From assembly GCA_963846325.1 (NCBI GenBank), contig CAWJVO010000007.1:329404-393403 (forward strand): 64,000 nucleotides of DNA, read 5' to 3'. The notes below the pieces were generated by a model. The model saw only the letters and a list, made by a program, of their open reading frames with translations, was not told where the DNA came from and did no database searches. Both the position numbers and the translations under genes were made by a program. This DNA is from an uncultured bacterium. GTDB taxonomy: Bacteria; Krumholzibacteriota; Krumholzibacteriia; Krumholzibacteriales; Krumholzibacteriaceae. Of the stretch, positions 8,541 to 20,427 are shown in pieces (positions within the stretch are counted from its first letter, which is position 1; each line of letters opens with the position of its first letter).

Positions 8541-10073
8541 TCACGCGGGACCTCCTTTGGGTTTCTTCAGAAGACTGTGCCGGTATCCGTAGGCGAAGTA
8601 CACCGCGAGCCCCGCGGCGAGCCAGAGGCCGAAGCGGAGCCAGGTGGCCCACGGGAGGCCGAGCATCAGATACACGCACATGGCGATTCCGAGAAGCGGT
8701 ATCAGCGGAACGAACGGAGTACGGAACGTTCTCGGCCGATCGGGTTCGGTGCGCCGCAGGATGAGGATTCCCGCGCATACGAGAACGAACGCGAAGAGCG
8801 TTCCGATGTTCGTGAGCTCCACCATCTCGTTGATGTTCGTCACCGCGGCGATCGATCCGACCGCGACGCCCGACCAGATGGTCGTCACGTGCGGCGTCCG
8901 GTATTTCGGGTGAACCCGCGCGAAGTACTTCGGCAGGAGCCCGTCCCTCGACATCGCGAAGAATATCCTCGGCTGGCCGAGCTGGAACACGAGAAGCACC
9001 GCCGTCATCGATATGACCGCGCCGAGCGACACGACGCCCGCCGCCCAGTCGAGCCCGATCGAGGAAAACGCGGAGGCGAGCGGATTGGCGACGCCGAGCT
9101 TCTGCCACGGTTCGATCCCCGTGAGAACGATCGCCGTCGCCACGTAGATAACGGTGCAGATTCCGAGCGAGGCGATGATGCCGATCGGCATGTCGCGTGC
9201 GGGATTGCGGCACTCCTCGGCCGCGGTCGAGACCGCGTCGAATCCGATGAACGCGAAAAAGATCAGGCTCGCGCCGATCCAGACTCCCGTGAATCCGTTC
9301 GGCATGAACGGCGACCAGTTCGACGGCTTTACGTACATCGCGCCGACGACGATGAAGAAAACGAGAATGAGGAGCTTCAGCGCGACCATCACGTTGTTGA
9401 ACCGGGCCGATTCCTTTACGCCGATGACCAGTATCCACGTGATGAAGGCGACGACTCCCCCCGCGAGCAGATTGAAGATGACGTGAATCCCCCCTATCAC
9501 GGGAGCCGAGTTCCACGCCTCGAGCGCCTTGACCATGGAAATGGGCACGCTCCCCCCGAGGCGAGCGCGGCCCCCGCCGCCTGGTGGGCGCTCCGCCAAT
9601 CGACGGCGAGCCACGCGGGAACGTGCAGGCCGATCCCCTGAAGGAGCTGGTCGAAATAGGCCGACCATCCGATCGCGACGGCGACGTTTCCGATGCCGTA
9701 TTCGAGTATCAGAACCCAGCCGACGATCCACGCGACCGTTTCGCCGAGGGTCGCGTATGAATAGGTGTAGGCGCTTCCCGCGATCGGGACGAGCGCGGCG
9801 AACTCCGCGTAGCAGAAGGCGCAGAAGGCGCACGCGATCGCCGTGATGACGAAGGAGAGGGACACGGCGGGCCCGGCGCCGTTCTGGCTTGCCCCACCGG
9901 CGGCCGCCGTTCCGATGACGGCGAAGATTCCGGCTCCGATGACGGCGCCGATGCCGAGCGAGGTGAGATCCCACGCCCCGAGGGAGCGCTTCAGAGGAAG
10001 GTTGCCCGATCGCGTCCGCGTCTTCCCTGAGTCGATCGAGGCTCTTGCGCCGGATGAGCTCGTTGATCTTCAT
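8541..10073 (-). pseudogene. APC-family amino acid permease, reading frame broken twice (or sequencing error)
   Basis: The N-terminus MKINELIRRKSLDRLREDADA and residues from ...SVPISMVKALEAWNSAP onward lie in ORF 8541..10073. The segment GNLPLKRSLGAWDLTSLGIGAVIGAGIF...AGSAYTYSYATLGE... is in another frame (ORF 9497..9865 and upstream of it). The shifts fall at the GGG run 9997-9999 (+1) and the C6 run 9552-9557 (-1). Confidence 0.85.
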
Positions 10074-10221
10074 ACCGCGCGCGGAGCTTACCCGACGGCC
10101 AGACCGGTTTCAAGCATTTTCTCTTCCGGGACGCGCGCGGCCTCTCCCCTTATATCTTGACGCCGGGGCGTTTTTGCGGACAGAATCGCCGGTGGAGGGC
10201 AGCCATCTTCTTCCGTCAAGG

Positions 10222-11519
10222 ATGATACCCATGAGAGCGAAATCGATCGTCGCGTGTCTCGTCCTGATTTTGACCGCGTTCGCGTCCCGTTCGAGCGCCG
10301 GCGAAGCGGTCGTCGCCCGGATGAGCGGCATCATCGGCCCGTCATCGGCGAGATTCATGGTCGAGGCGATCGAACGGGCCGAAGAGCGCCGGGCGGAATG
10401 CGTCATCCTCGAGATGGACACTCCCGGCGGTCTCGACGAATCGATGCGCGCGATCGTGAAGAAGATCATGGCGTCGAAGGTGCCTGTCGTCGTCTATGTC
10501 GCGCCGCCGGGCTCGCGGGCCGCTTCCGCGGGGGTCTTCATCACGATGGCGGCGCACGTGGCGGCCATGGCTCCGGGCACCAACATCGGCGCGGCCCATC
10601 CGGTCTCGATCGGGCTCGGCGCCAAGGTCGACTCCGTCATGGCCGGCAAGATGGTCAACGACGCCGCGGCGTACGCCCGCTCGATCGCCGGGAGGAGAGG
10701 CCGCAACGCGGAATGGGCCGAGGACGCCGTCAGGGAAAGCGTATCCATCTCCGAAACGGAGGCGCTGAAGCTTCGCGTCATCGATCTGATCGCCCCTTCG
10801 CTGGAAGCGCTTCTCGACTCGCTCGACGGCAGGAAGGTCGCGATCGAAGAGAAAACGATCGCCCTGCACACGAAGGGCGCCGCGATCGTCGAGATGAGGA
10901 TGAGCTGGAGCGACCGGCTGCTCGCCGTCATCACGAATCCCAATGTCGCCTATGTCCTGTTCATGCTCGGACTGCTCGGCCTGTACTTCGAGCTTTCCAC
11001 GCCCGGGGCCGTCCTCCCCGGAGTGGTCGGCGCGATCTGTCTCATTCTCGCGTTCTTCGCCTTCCAGGTGCTCTCGGTGAGCTTCACGGGGGTTCTCCTG
11101 ATCATACTGGCCATCGTGCTTTTCATCGCCGAAGCGAAGACGGCGACGAACGGGATTTTGACGGCGGGAGGACTGATTGCCATGACTATTCGGCTCGATC
11201 ATGCTCTTCAACGATCCGGATCCGGCCCTGCGCGCCTCGCTGCAGGTCGTCGTGCCGGCGGTGCTCGTCGACGGGGGCCTTCTTCGTCGTCGGCGTCTAT
11301 CTATCGATACGGTCGCTGCGCAAGAAGCCGACAACCGGCGGCGAAGCCCTCGTCGGCCAGGAAGGGGACGCGCGAACCCCGATCGACGCGAAAGGCGGCA
11401 GGGTTTTCGTGGCCGGCGCCCATTGGAACGCCTTTTCCGACGGAGAGATCGCGGAGGGAAAGCGCGTCCGGGTGATCGACGTCAAAGGAATGTCTCTCAA
11501 GGTGGAAGAGATACGATAG
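10222..11519 (+). pseudogene. NfeD-family membrane-bound ClpP-class serine protease, frame broken twice (or sequencing error)
   Basis: Signal peptide plus ClpP-like domain (ILEMDTPGG, SAGVFITMAAH), TM block and C-terminal OB domain ([36 protein letters not shown]). The gene is spread over ORFs 10045..11475, 11201.. (first ~25 aa) and 10254..11519. The shifts are at ~11185 and at the G5 run 11273-11277. The start is ATG 10222 or 10231. Confidence 0.85.
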
Positions 11520-11572
11520 GTCGTCCCTGTATCCCGCCGCGCGGCGGGGGTTTGACCCGAAAGGAGAGCGAT

Positions 11573-12325
11573 ATGCAGATCGGACTGTCAGTCGTTATTC
11601 TTCTCGTTATTTTCATCGTGGGCAACAGCGTGAGGGTGCTGAGGGAGTACGAGCGCGGAGTCGTGTTCAGGCTCGGCCGCTTCGTCGGCGTCCGGGGCCC
11701 GGGACTCATCCTGCTCATCCCGATGTTCGAGAAAATGGTGAAGGTCACGCTCCGAACGGTCGCTCTCGACGTCCCGCCGCAGGAAGTCGTGACGAAGGAC
11801 AACGTCTCGGTCAAGGTAAACGCGGTCATGTATTTCCAGGTGTTCGATCCGGCCAAGTGCATCATCGCGGTGGAGAACTATCTCTACGCCACGTCGCAGA
11901 TGGGACAGACCACGCTGCGCTCCATTCTCGGCGAGCACGAGCTCGACGATCTCCTCTCGAATCGCGAGAAGATCAATCAGAAGCTGCAACAGATCATCGA
12001 CGAGCGCACCGACCCGTGGGGCGTCAAGGTCGCCGCCGTGGAAGTGAAGGACGTCGATCTTCCCGAGGGCATGAGGCGCGCGCTCGCCAAGCAGGCCGAA
12101 GCCGAGCGCGAACGCCGGGCGAAGGTCATTCACGCGGACGGCGAGTTCCAGGCCTCCACGAAGCTCCGGGACGCCGCACACGTCATGGCGCCCGAGCCCG
12201 TTTCGGTGCAGCTCAGGTATCTTCAAACGCTGACCGAGATCGCAGCCGAGAAGAACTCGACGATACTCTTCCCGGTGCCGGTGGATTTCCTGCAGTACTT
12301 CATGCAGACGCGCAAGAAAGACTGA
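11573..12325 (+). CDS. SPFH/band-7 (stomatin/prohibitin-like) protein
   Basis: Internal ATG of ORF 11201..12325 with an AAGGAGAG RBS. N-terminal TM helix, then the SPFH core ([16 protein letters not shown]..., [30 protein letters not shown]). This is the classic NfeD-stomatin pair. Confidence 0.9.
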   Translation: MQIGLSVVILLVIFIVGNSVRVLREYERGVVFRLGRFVGVRGPGLILLIPMFEKMVKVTLRTVALDVPPQEVVTKDNVSVKVNAVMYFQVFDPAKCIIAVENYLYATSQMGQTTLRSILGEHELDDLLSNREKINQKLQQIIDERTDPWGVKVAAVEVKDVDLPEGMRRALAKQAEAERERRAKVIHADGEFQASTKLRDAAHVMAPEPVSVQLRYLQTLTEIAAEKNSTILFPVPVDFLQYFMQTRKKD

Positions 12326-12327
12326 CC

Positions 12328-13824
12328 GTGCGCTGGAAAAAGGCATTTCCGTACGCGGCGAGCGGCGCTCTCGTCCTCGCCGCGACGCTTCTCGGCGAGC
12401 TCGTCAAGGGGCGCCTCGAGCCGACGAATCTCGCGATGCTGTATCTTCTCGCCGTCGTGATCGCCGCCGTCCGGTGGGGAAAGGGACCGGCCGTCGCGAC
12501 CGCGATCCTCGGCGTCCTGGCGTTCGATTTCTTTCTCGTCCCTCCCTACCTCGCCTTGACGGTCGCCGACGTTCAATATGTCTTCACCTTCGTCGGGCTC
12601 CTCGCCGCCGGACTCGTCGTCGGCACGCTCGCGTCGAGAATGCGGGAGCAGGCGATTCAGGCGCGCAGACGCGAAGCCCAGACCGCCGCGCTGTACCGCC
12701 TCGCGGCGGATCTCGCCGATTCAACGGGCTTCGACGCGTTGCTGCAGGCGATACGGAAGAACGTCAAGCAGATCGTCAATTGCGGCGTGGCGATATATCT
12801 GCCCGCCGACGACGCCCTGGCGCTCGCGAGCCACGATCCCGGGTTTCCCGCGAGCGAGGGCGAGAGGGGAATCGCGCGCTGGGCGTACGAAAACGGCTCG
12901 ATGGCCGGAGGCGGCCCGGATGAGGCGACGAAAAGGAAGACCCGCTATCTTCCCTTCAAGACCTCCGCGGGCGTGATCGGCGTTCTCGGCGTCTGTCTCC
13001 GCAAGGGCGCGGAGGGGCTCACTCAGGACGAGGAGGACCTGCTGAACGCGCTCGTGAGCCAGGCGGCCGTCGCGATCCAGCGCGCGAATCTCGCGGAGCA
13101 GTCCCGCCACATGGAGCTCATGCGGCAGACCGAAAAGCTCCAGTCGGCGCTTCTGAGCTCGATCTCGCACGACCTGAGAACTCCCCTCGTCTCGATAACC
13201 GGCACCTTGAGCACGCTTCAGGAGGACGATCCGGCGCTCGACGACGCGACGAGGAAGGATCTCATCGAGAACGCTTCGGAGGAAGCGGACCGCCTCAACC
13301 GGATCGTGGGCAATCTCCTCGACCTGACGAGAATGGAAGCGGGGACGCTGCGAGTCTCGAAGCGGCCCTGCGATCTGCGGGACGTTCTCGGAGCCTCTTT
13401 GGAGCAGCTCAGGGACCGGATCGGAAACCGGACCGTGCGCGTCGCGATTCCGAAGGATTTCCCCGAAATCCCCATGGATTATTCCTTCATGATGAAGGCG
13501 TTCTACAACCTGCTCGACAACGCCGTGAAGTATTCACCGCAGGATTCGCCGATCGACATCGGCGCGCGCGTGAAGCCGCATGAGGCGGAGGTCGAGATCC
13601 GGGACCGGGGAACGGGCATACCGGTGGGGGATCTCGCGCGCATCTTCGAGAGATTCCACCGGACCGAGAAGACCCAGCGCGTCGCGGGGACCGGGCTCGG
13701 GCTCTCGATTTCCAGGGGAATCATAGAAGCGCACGGCGGCCGGATCGCCGCGCGGAACAACGCGGACTCCGGCGCGACGTTCATCGTGACCCTCCCTCTA
13801 TCGGATAAGCGGGACCTGCCATGA
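12328..13824 (+). CDS. KdpD C-terminal-type sensor histidine kinase (DUF4118-GAF-HisKA-HATPase; no N-terminal KdpD/Usp domains)
   Basis: GTG 12328 lies 2 nt after the stomatin stop. A 4-TM DUF4118-like block (LAMLYLLAVVIAAVRWG...) is followed by the H-box SSISHDLRTPL and the N/G boxes NLLDNAVKYS, DRGTGIP and GTGLGLSI. Confidence 0.85.
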   Translation: MRWKKAFPYAASGALVLAATLLGELVKGRLEPTNLAMLYLLAVVIAAVRWGKGPAVATAILGVLAFDFFLVPPYLALTVADVQYVFTFVGLLAAGLVVGTLASRMREQAIQARRREAQTAALYRLAADLADSTGFDALLQAIRKNVKQIVNCGVAIYLPADDALALASHDPGFPASEGERGIARWAYENGSMAGGGPDEATKRKTRYLPFKTSAGVIGVLGVCLRKGAEGLTQDEEDLLNALVSQAAVAIQRANLAEQSRHMELMRQTEKLQSALLSSISHDLRTPLVSITGTLSTLQEDDPALDDATRKDLIENASEEADRLNRIVGNLLDLTRMEAGTLRVSKRPCDLRDVLGASLEQLRDRIGNRTVRVAIPKDFPEIPMDYSFMMKAFYNLLDNAVKYSPQDSPIDIGARVKPHEAEVEIRDRGTGIPVGDLARIFERFHRTEKTQRVAGTGLGLSISRGIIEAHGGRIAARNNADSGATFIVTLPLSDKRDLP

Positions 13825-14522
13825 CGGCCAACCAGAGCGTGCGCATTCTCGTCGTCGACGACGAAAAGGCGATTCGAAAGACACTGAGGGTCGCGCTCGC
13901 CCCCCGCGGCTACCTCATACTCGAGGCGGCGACCGGAGCGGAGGCGCTCGAGAAATCGGTGTCGTCCCATCCGGACGTGATCATTCTCGACCTCGGGCTT
14001 CCCGACGTCGACGGCATCGAGGTGCTCAGGGAGATCCGCAAACGCGCGAAGACGCCCGTCATCATTCTGTCCGTGCGGGACGACATAGCCGACAAGGTCG
14101 AAGCGCTCGACGCCGGGGCGGACGATTATCTGACGAAGCCCTTCAGCATCACCGAGCTCCTCGCGAGGCTCAAGGCGGTGATGCGCCGCCTTCTCCCCGC
14201 GGACCAGGAGGATGTCTTCCGGGCGGGCGCGATCTCGATCGACGTCGCGAGGCACGAGGTCGCGATCAAGGGGAAGCGGATCAACCTCACGCCGACGGAA
14301 TACGACGTGCTCAAGCTCCTCGTGCTCAACGCGGGCAAAGTCGTCACGCACCGGCAGATCCTCGAGGAGATCTGGAACAAGCCCGACGACATGGAAGGCG
14401 TCCTCCATCTCCTCCGGGTGACGATCAGCAACCTGCGCGGGAAGATCGAGCCCGATCCCGACCGGCCGGTCTTCGTCCTGACCGAGCCCGGCATCGGATA
14501 CCGCCTCCGCTCCGGCGACTGA
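13821..14522 (+). CDS. kdpE: OmpR-family response regulator, KdpE-like
   Basis: 233 aa with a 4-nt overlap with the kinase. REC domain (ILVVDDE...IILDLGLPDVDG...DAGADDYLTKPF) and winged-helix domain (LTPTEYDVLKLLVLNAGKVVTHRQILEEIW...GIGYRL). Both are closely similar to E. coli KdpE as I recall it. Confidence 0.85.
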   Translation: MTANQSVRILVVDDEKAIRKTLRVALAPRGYLILEAATGAEALEKSVSSHPDVIILDLGLPDVDGIEVLREIRKRAKTPVIILSVRDDIADKVEALDAGADDYLTKPFSITELLARLKAVMRRLLPADQEDVFRAGAISIDVARHEVAIKGKRINLTPTEYDVLKLLVLNAGKVVTHRQILEEIWNKPDDMEGVLHLLRVTISNLRGKIEPDPDRPVFVLTEPGIGYRLRSGD

Positions 14523-14638
14523 ACCGGCCGGCGAACGACTGCCGCGGCCTCGATCCTTTCCGAAGCCCTCCCCCTCCGCTTTTTTTGACCCTTTCTTGAT
14601 TTGCCCCGGCGCTTCCCTGGAGAGAAGATTAATGGGAT

Positions 14639-15987
14639 ATGAAGAGGCGAAACTACATATGGAACAGACTCACGCCGTACCAGCTGCTGATCCTCGGCTA
14701 CGCTTTCGTCACGGTTACGGGGGCCATCTTGCTCTCGCTGCCCGTATCTTCGGCGCAGGGCACGCCGCAGCCGTTTCTGGACGCGCTCTTCGTGGCGACC
14801 TCGGGCATCAGCACGTCCGGATTGTCCGCCGTCGACATCGGCACCTACTATTCGCTCTTCGGCCAGATCGTGCTTCTCGCGATCTTTCAGCTGGGCGGGA
14901 TCGGCTACATGAGCTTCATCATCCTCACGATGTACGTCCTGGGGATAAAAGGTTCGCTCAGAACGAGCCTCGTCGCGAAGGAATCCCTGGCGGGACCGAA
15001 TCTGCACGTTCTCAAGGGCTTTTTCCTCTCGGTGCTCGTCTATTCGTTCGTCTTCGAGCTCGTCGGGGCCGCCATCCTCGCCGGTTTCTGGATGAAGGAG
15101 TATTCGGCGGCACGTTCCATGTATCTCGGCGTCTTTCATTCGGTCTCCACGTTCTGCACGGCCGGCTTCGGGCTCTTCCCCGACAGCCTCATGAGGTATC
15201 GGGACAGCACGCTCCTGAACGCCACGATCGTCTTTCTTTCCCTTGCCGGCGGCATAGGCTTTTTCGTCCTGAGGGATCTCACCGCTTTCGTCACCAACAA
15301 GCTCAACGGCCGGCGCAGATCCAGGTTGACCGTTCATACGCGGCTCGTCCTCATCGTCACGGCGATCGTCATATCGATCGGCACGATCGTCATCCTCTTC
15401 TCCGAGCATTGGCCATCGACGATGAGCTGCCTACGACAGGACGCTGACCTCCGTATTTCAGGCGGTCTCGGCCTCGACGACGGACGGATTCAACACGATC
15501 GATATCGGCAAAATGGGCGCGGCGAGCCTGACGATTATCATGCTCCTGATGTTCGTCGGGGCTTCACCCGGGAGCACCGGCGGCGGCATCAAGACGACCA
15601 CATTCGCTCTCCTCTTCATTCTGGTCCGAGCGCGACTGCGGAAGAAACAAACCGAACGCGCTGGGGACGGAGATGTCCGAGCGGTGCATCTATGACGCGG
15701 CCGTCGTGACGTTTTGCTTCATGCTCGTGGCGCTCGCGGACACGGTGATCCTTTCCGTCACGGAGACCTCGTCGTACTCGCAGAATCTCTTCGAGATCGT
15801 TTCCGCCCTCGGAAATACAGGCCTCTCCACGGGGATCACCGCCTCTCTCAGCCCGGTCGGAAAGGCCGCGCTGATCGTTACGATGTTCATCGGCAGGGTC
15901 GGCGTCCTGAGCATCGCGTTCGCGTTCCTGACCGCGCCGCCGAAGGTGCTGTTCCGGTATCCCAAGGAAGACGTCTTCGTGGGTTGA
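14639..15987 (+). pseudogene. TrkH/KtrB-family K+ transporter membrane subunit, frame broken twice (or sequencing error)
   Basis: Pieces lie in ORFs 14639..15709 (to ~EHWPSTMS), 15513..15695 and upstream of it (TLTSVFQAVSASTTDGFNTIDIGKM...GGGIKTTTF), and 15673..15987 (...ALGNTGLSTGIT...FIGRVGVLS). The shifts are at ~15426-15445 and ~15645-15652 (A run). Confidence 0.85.
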
Positions 15988-16135
15988 GCGGAGCGCCGAC
16001 GCCCGCCGAAGGAGCCTCTCGCGTCCGGTCGAGCGCCCCGGCGACCTTGACACGCGCCCGGATTTCGGCTAGTCTCCGCGAGTCGATTTCGAATCGCCCA
16101 CTCCATCGCTTCAATCAAACTCGAAAGGAGTCCGT

Positions 16136-19100
16136 ATGCCGTCCTCGATCGCCCCGGGAATTTCCAGGCTCCGCGGAACGCTCCGCGCGATCGGCCTCGC
16201 GTCGATCGTCGTGCTGACCGCCGCGGCCGCGTGCTTCGGACAGGATGCGAAGCACAACTTTCTCCTGCGTTTTCCCGACGTTCACGGAGACAGGGTCGTG
16301 TTCGTCGCCGGAGGAGACATCTGGATCGCCCCGGTCCAGGGAGGCGTCGCCGCGCGCCTGACGACGCACGACGGCGAGGAGACGCTTCCCCAAGTTCTCG
16401 AACGACGGCTCCCTCATCGCTTTCACGGGAGAGTACGACGGGAACGCCGACGTGTACGTCATGGACACATACGGCGGGAATATCCGCCGCGTGACCTTTC
16501 ACCCCGGGTTCGACGCGGTGATCGGCTGGGATCCGGTCAAGAACAAGATCATGTTCACGTCGAGCCGAAACAGCTTCGGGGGATTCACGCGCCTCTTCCT
16601 CATCGATCCCGACGGATCCGACCTCGAAGAAGTGCCGCTGCCCGAGGTGGCACAGGCCTCCTTTTCGAGCGACGGGAAACACATCGCCTTCGCCAAGGTC
16701 TCGGTCGACGGACGGACGTGGAAACGGTACCGGGGCGGCCTCGCGCCGGACATCTTCATCTACGATTTCGCGACGAAGAAAGAGATCAACGTCTCCAATT
16801 CGGACGCGATCGACAGCAATCCGATGTGGATCGGCGACACGGTCTACTTCGTTTCCGACCGCGACCGCGTCCTGAACGTCTGGGCGTACGACACGAAAAC
16901 CGAAAAGCTCGAGCAGATCACGAAGCATACCGAAAAGGAATACGACGTGCGGCGCCCGAGCATGGGCGGCAGCGCGCATCGTCTACGAGCTGGGCGGCGA
17001 TCTCTATCTGCTCGACACGGCCTCCGGGGCGAGCGAGCGCATCCCGGTCGAGGTGCGCGCCGACACGCCGGAGCTCCGGCCGTACCTCAAGAGCGTGGAC
17101 GGATTCGTCACCGAGGCGCACTCCTCGCCGGACGGCAAAACCGCGCTTCTCGTCGCGCGCGGAGAGCTGTTCACCGTGCCGCGGAAAGAGGGCATCACGC
17201 GCAACCTGACGGGGACGTCGGGCGCGCGCGACAAGGACGCCGTGTGGTCTCCCGACGGCGCGACGATCGCCTTCGTATCCGACGCCGACGGCGAATACAA
17301 CCTCTACACGATCGACGCCGCCGGCGCCTCGGCGCCGCGGAAGCTGACCGATTTCAGGGACGGATATCGCCACGCGCTCCGCTGGTCGCCCGACGGAAAG
17401 AAGATCGGGTTCACCGATCAGACACTGACCCTGCATTTCATCGACGTCGCCACGAGGAAAATCGCGACGGTCGACAAGGCTGAATACGAAAACGTCGACA
17501 TCTCGCTCGACCTGAAGGACATCTACGATTACTGCTGGTCCCCCGACAGCCGGTGGATCGCGTACTCGAAGATGGACGAATCGCTCGTCGGCAAGATCTA
17601 CATCTACTCGCTCGAGACGAACAAGACCCGCTGCATCAGCGGCGGCGAGTTCAACGATTTCCATCCGGCGTTCTCGAAGGACGGCGCGCGGCTGTTCTTC
17701 GTCTCCAACAGGCGCTTCGACCCCGTGTTCTGCGATTTCGAATGGGAGATGGTCTACAAGAAGCTCGCCGGGATATACAGCGTCACCCTCCGGAAGGACG
17801 GCGCCCCGCTCTTCCCGGTCCTTCCGGCGAAAGAAGAGCCCGCGAGCGGCGCGAAAGACGACGCGAAACCGGCGGCCAAGGACGACAAGGCCAAACCGAA
17901 GGAGAAGCTCGTCGCGATCGATTTCGACGGCATCGAAGGCCGCGTCGAGACGTTCCCGGTGCCGCGCGGCAACTACCGCTTCCTCGCCGCGAACGACCAG
18001 AACCTCTACTATCTCAACAAGGACGAGGGGGATTTCAACCGCTTCGAGTTCCGCGACCCGCGCCCGTTCGACCTGCACTCGTTCTCGTTCGCCGACAAGA
18101 AGGAGAGCAAGGTCATCCCGGCCGTCAACGGGTACGAGCTCTCCGGCGACGGCTCGACGATCGTGTACCGCGGCTTCGCGGAGACGGGAATGATCGACGC
18201 CGCCGCCAAGGAGTCGAGCGGCGAAGCGATCGACCTCGCCGACCTGAAGATGCATCTCGATCCCCTCGACGAGTGGCGGCAGATCTTCAACGAATCGTGG
18301 CGCATGGAGCGCGACTGGTACTACGAGCCGTCGATGCACGGCCTCGACTGGGCCGCGATGAAGGTCAAATACGGGAAGATGCTCGAGCGGGTCACCTGCC
18401 GGCAGGACGTGCAATACGTCATCGGCGAGCTGATCGGCGAGCTCAACACCTCGCACACGTACGTCTTCGGCGGCGACATCCAGCGCACGGCCGAGCATGT
18501 CGGCGTCGGCCTCCTCGGCGCCGATTACGAGATCGACCGCGCAAATAATCGCTACCGGTTCAAGAAGATCTACGGCGATATCGACTGGAACGACGAGGAG
18601 CGCCCTCCGCTCGTCGGCGCGGGCATCCGCGTCGGCGAAGGTGACTATCTGCTGAGGGTGAACGGGCGGGAGGTCACGGCGGACCGCAGCGTCTATTCCT
18701 ATTTCATAGACCTCGCGGGCAAGGCCGTCGAGCTCACGGTCAACGACGAGCCGACGACCCAGGGGGCTCGCACGGTGACGGTGAAGCCGGTCGGAAACGA
18801 ATACACCCTTCGCTACATGGACTGGGTCGAAGGGAACCGGCGCCTCGTCGAGAAGGAATCGGGAGGCGCCATCGGCTACCTCCATCTCCCCGACACCTAC
18901 ACCGGCTCGACGGCGCTCTTCCCCCGCTATTTCTACTCGCAGACGACGAAGCGGGGAATCGTCGTCGACGGACGCTTCAACGGCGGCGGGCTCGATCCCG
19001 ACATCTTCCTGCAGCGTCTCGCCAAGAGGCCGCTGCTGTACTGGACGCGGCGCAACTCGCACGACTACGTCTCGCCGTGGTTCGGCACGAACGCGCATCT

Positions 19101-19467
19101 CGTGTGCCTCACGAACCGCCAGGCCGGTTCCGGCGGCGACATGCTGCCCTACCTCTTCCGCGCGAAGGGGATGGGGCCGGTCGTCGGCACGCGCAGCTGG
19201 GGCGGGCTCGTCGGCGTCTCGATGTGGATCGGCATGGTGGACGGCGGCGGGCTGTCCGCTCCTGATTACCGGGTCTACAATCCGCAGGGGAAATGGGTCG
19301 TCGAGAACGAGGGAGTGGCGCCCGACATCGCCATCGACCTCGACCCGGCGGATTTCGGAACGGGCCGCGACGCGCAGCTCATGAAGGCGCTCGAGATTCT
19401 CACGAAGAAGATCAAGGACGAGCCGCGCCCCTGGCCGAAGCACGAGGCGTTTTCTCCGGACAGGTAA
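16136..19467 (+). pseudogene. tricorn-protease-like S41 peptidase (beta-propellers + PDZ + S41), copy 1, frame broken twice (or sequencing error)
   Basis: AAAGGAG RBS and signal peptide. It continues across ORFs 16136.., 16452.. and 17053..19467. It is colinear with the intact paralogue at 24876 (FPDVHGDRVVF.../FTGEYDGNADVYVM/...GGDLYLLD...). The shifts are at the C4 run 16388-16391 and at ~16972-16978. Confidence 0.85.
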
Positions 19468-19480
19468 TCCGGATTGAACG

Positions 19481-19530
19481 GCGCCCGGGAGGATCGCGCA
19501 TGCGGACAGTCTTCCCGGGCGCCTCGTTGT
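19481..19530 (+). terminator. hairpin downstream of tricorn-like gene 1
   Basis: GCGCCCGGGA(19481-19490) pairs with TCCCGGGCGC(19513-19522), followed by CTCGTTGT. A second small hairpin TCCGGA-caggtaa-TCCGGA spans the stop codon. The U-tract is weak. Confidence 0.4.
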
Positions 19531-19621
19531 CCTCCTCCCAAAGAAACGCGGGGAATGTCGCATTCTTTCAGATGCGGCGCCCGCAAAATGAATTATAATT
19601 ATTCTTGCATTATAATTAATA

Positions 19622-20401
19622 TCAACTATATTCGAATTGCTTGTAGCATTGCCCAGTAAAGAGGGGCAAAAAATAGCCGACGCGCCTCCGGCACGTGCGA
19701 TCGCTGGAGTCGAAGTCGGCTATTTGCATGTGCGGCCGATAATCGATCTCTCTGCTCGGTCGCGAGAGAACGACGGCGGCCCAGACGGTGCAGAGACCCA
19801 TGACGCAGAGAACGAGAAGAGTGTAGATCGCGCCGATGCGCACGGACAGAATCCGGTAAACGCCGGCGAAACCGAACAGAACGAATACGCCCGCTGAAAT
19901 CCATTTGATGGTTCTTTCCGGAATGTGCTTGCACAGAACGACGCCGACGACGATGCCGACGGTATCCGCGATCACCATGCCGAGGGTGGTGCCCGTCAGC
20001 ACGTCGAGCATATTCCGGTATTCGACCGCGAGACTTATCGTGGCGAGCTGAGTCTTGTCTCCCATTTCGGCGAGGAAGAACGCGATCGCGACCGTCGCGA
20101 CGGGGCCGAAACGGCTCTCCCTCTTCTCCTCCCCCTCCAGCGCGTCGCCGCGGATGGTCCAGAGGCCGAACACGACGAACGACAGCGCGGCGACGAAGGA
20201 AATGATATCCATCGGAATGACGACGCTTAAGAAATGGCCTACGACGACCGCGAGGGAGTGGTTCGCGAGCGTCGCCAGGAAAACCGCGATCAGAACCTTG
20301 TGGGGACGGTATCGCGTGGCGAAGGCCATCGCGAGGAGCTGCGTCTTGTCCCCCATCTCCGCGAGGACGACGAACATGAGAGACGCTATGAACGCGGCCA
20401 T
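19622..20401 (-). CDS. UPF0016 (GDT1/TMEM165/MneA-like) putative Mn2+/Ca2+ transporter
   Basis: 259 aa with two copies of the family motif E-x-G-D-K-T (LAEMGDKTQLLA, LAEMGDKTQLAT). It lies 26 nt downstream of the ABC permease gene. An extra C-terminal hydrophobic segment and tail run into an AT-rich island. Confidence 0.85.
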   Translation of the reverse strand: MAAFIASLMFVVLAEMGDKTQLLAMAFATRYRPHKVLIAVFLATLANHSLAVVVGHFLSVVIPMDIISFVAALSFVVFGLWTIRGDALEGEEKRESRFGPVATVAIAFFLAEMGDKTQLATISLAVEYRNMLDVLTGTTLGMVIADTVGIVVGVVLCKHIPERTIKWISAGVFVLFGFAGVYRILSVRIGAIYTLLVLCVMGLCTVWAAVVLSRPSREIDYRPHMQIADFDSSDRTCRRRVGYFLPLFTGQCYKQFEYS

Positions 20402-20427
20402 TCCGTTCTCCTGTTCCTGTACCGGTC

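Noticed and set aside
4624-8592. 1322-aa plus-strand ORF. Similar long ORFs are 16918..19563(-), 24438..26750(-), 50524..52899(+), 61072..63288(+), 2715..4163(+) and 14126..15409(-).
   Set aside because: All are antisense or off-frame to well-supported genes (histidine kinases, tricorn-like proteases, M6 protease, glycosyltransferase, KdpE/KtrB). All have low-complexity Arg-rich translations.
19575-19660. AT-rich island with two ATTATAAT palindromes and a TTGCAT-N16-TATATT promoter-like pair on the plus strand
   Set aside because: It lies at the convergent 3' ends of two genes and partly inside the UPF0016 ORF tail. No plus-strand gene or terminator follows. It could drive an antisense RNA, but I cannot support that from sequence alone.
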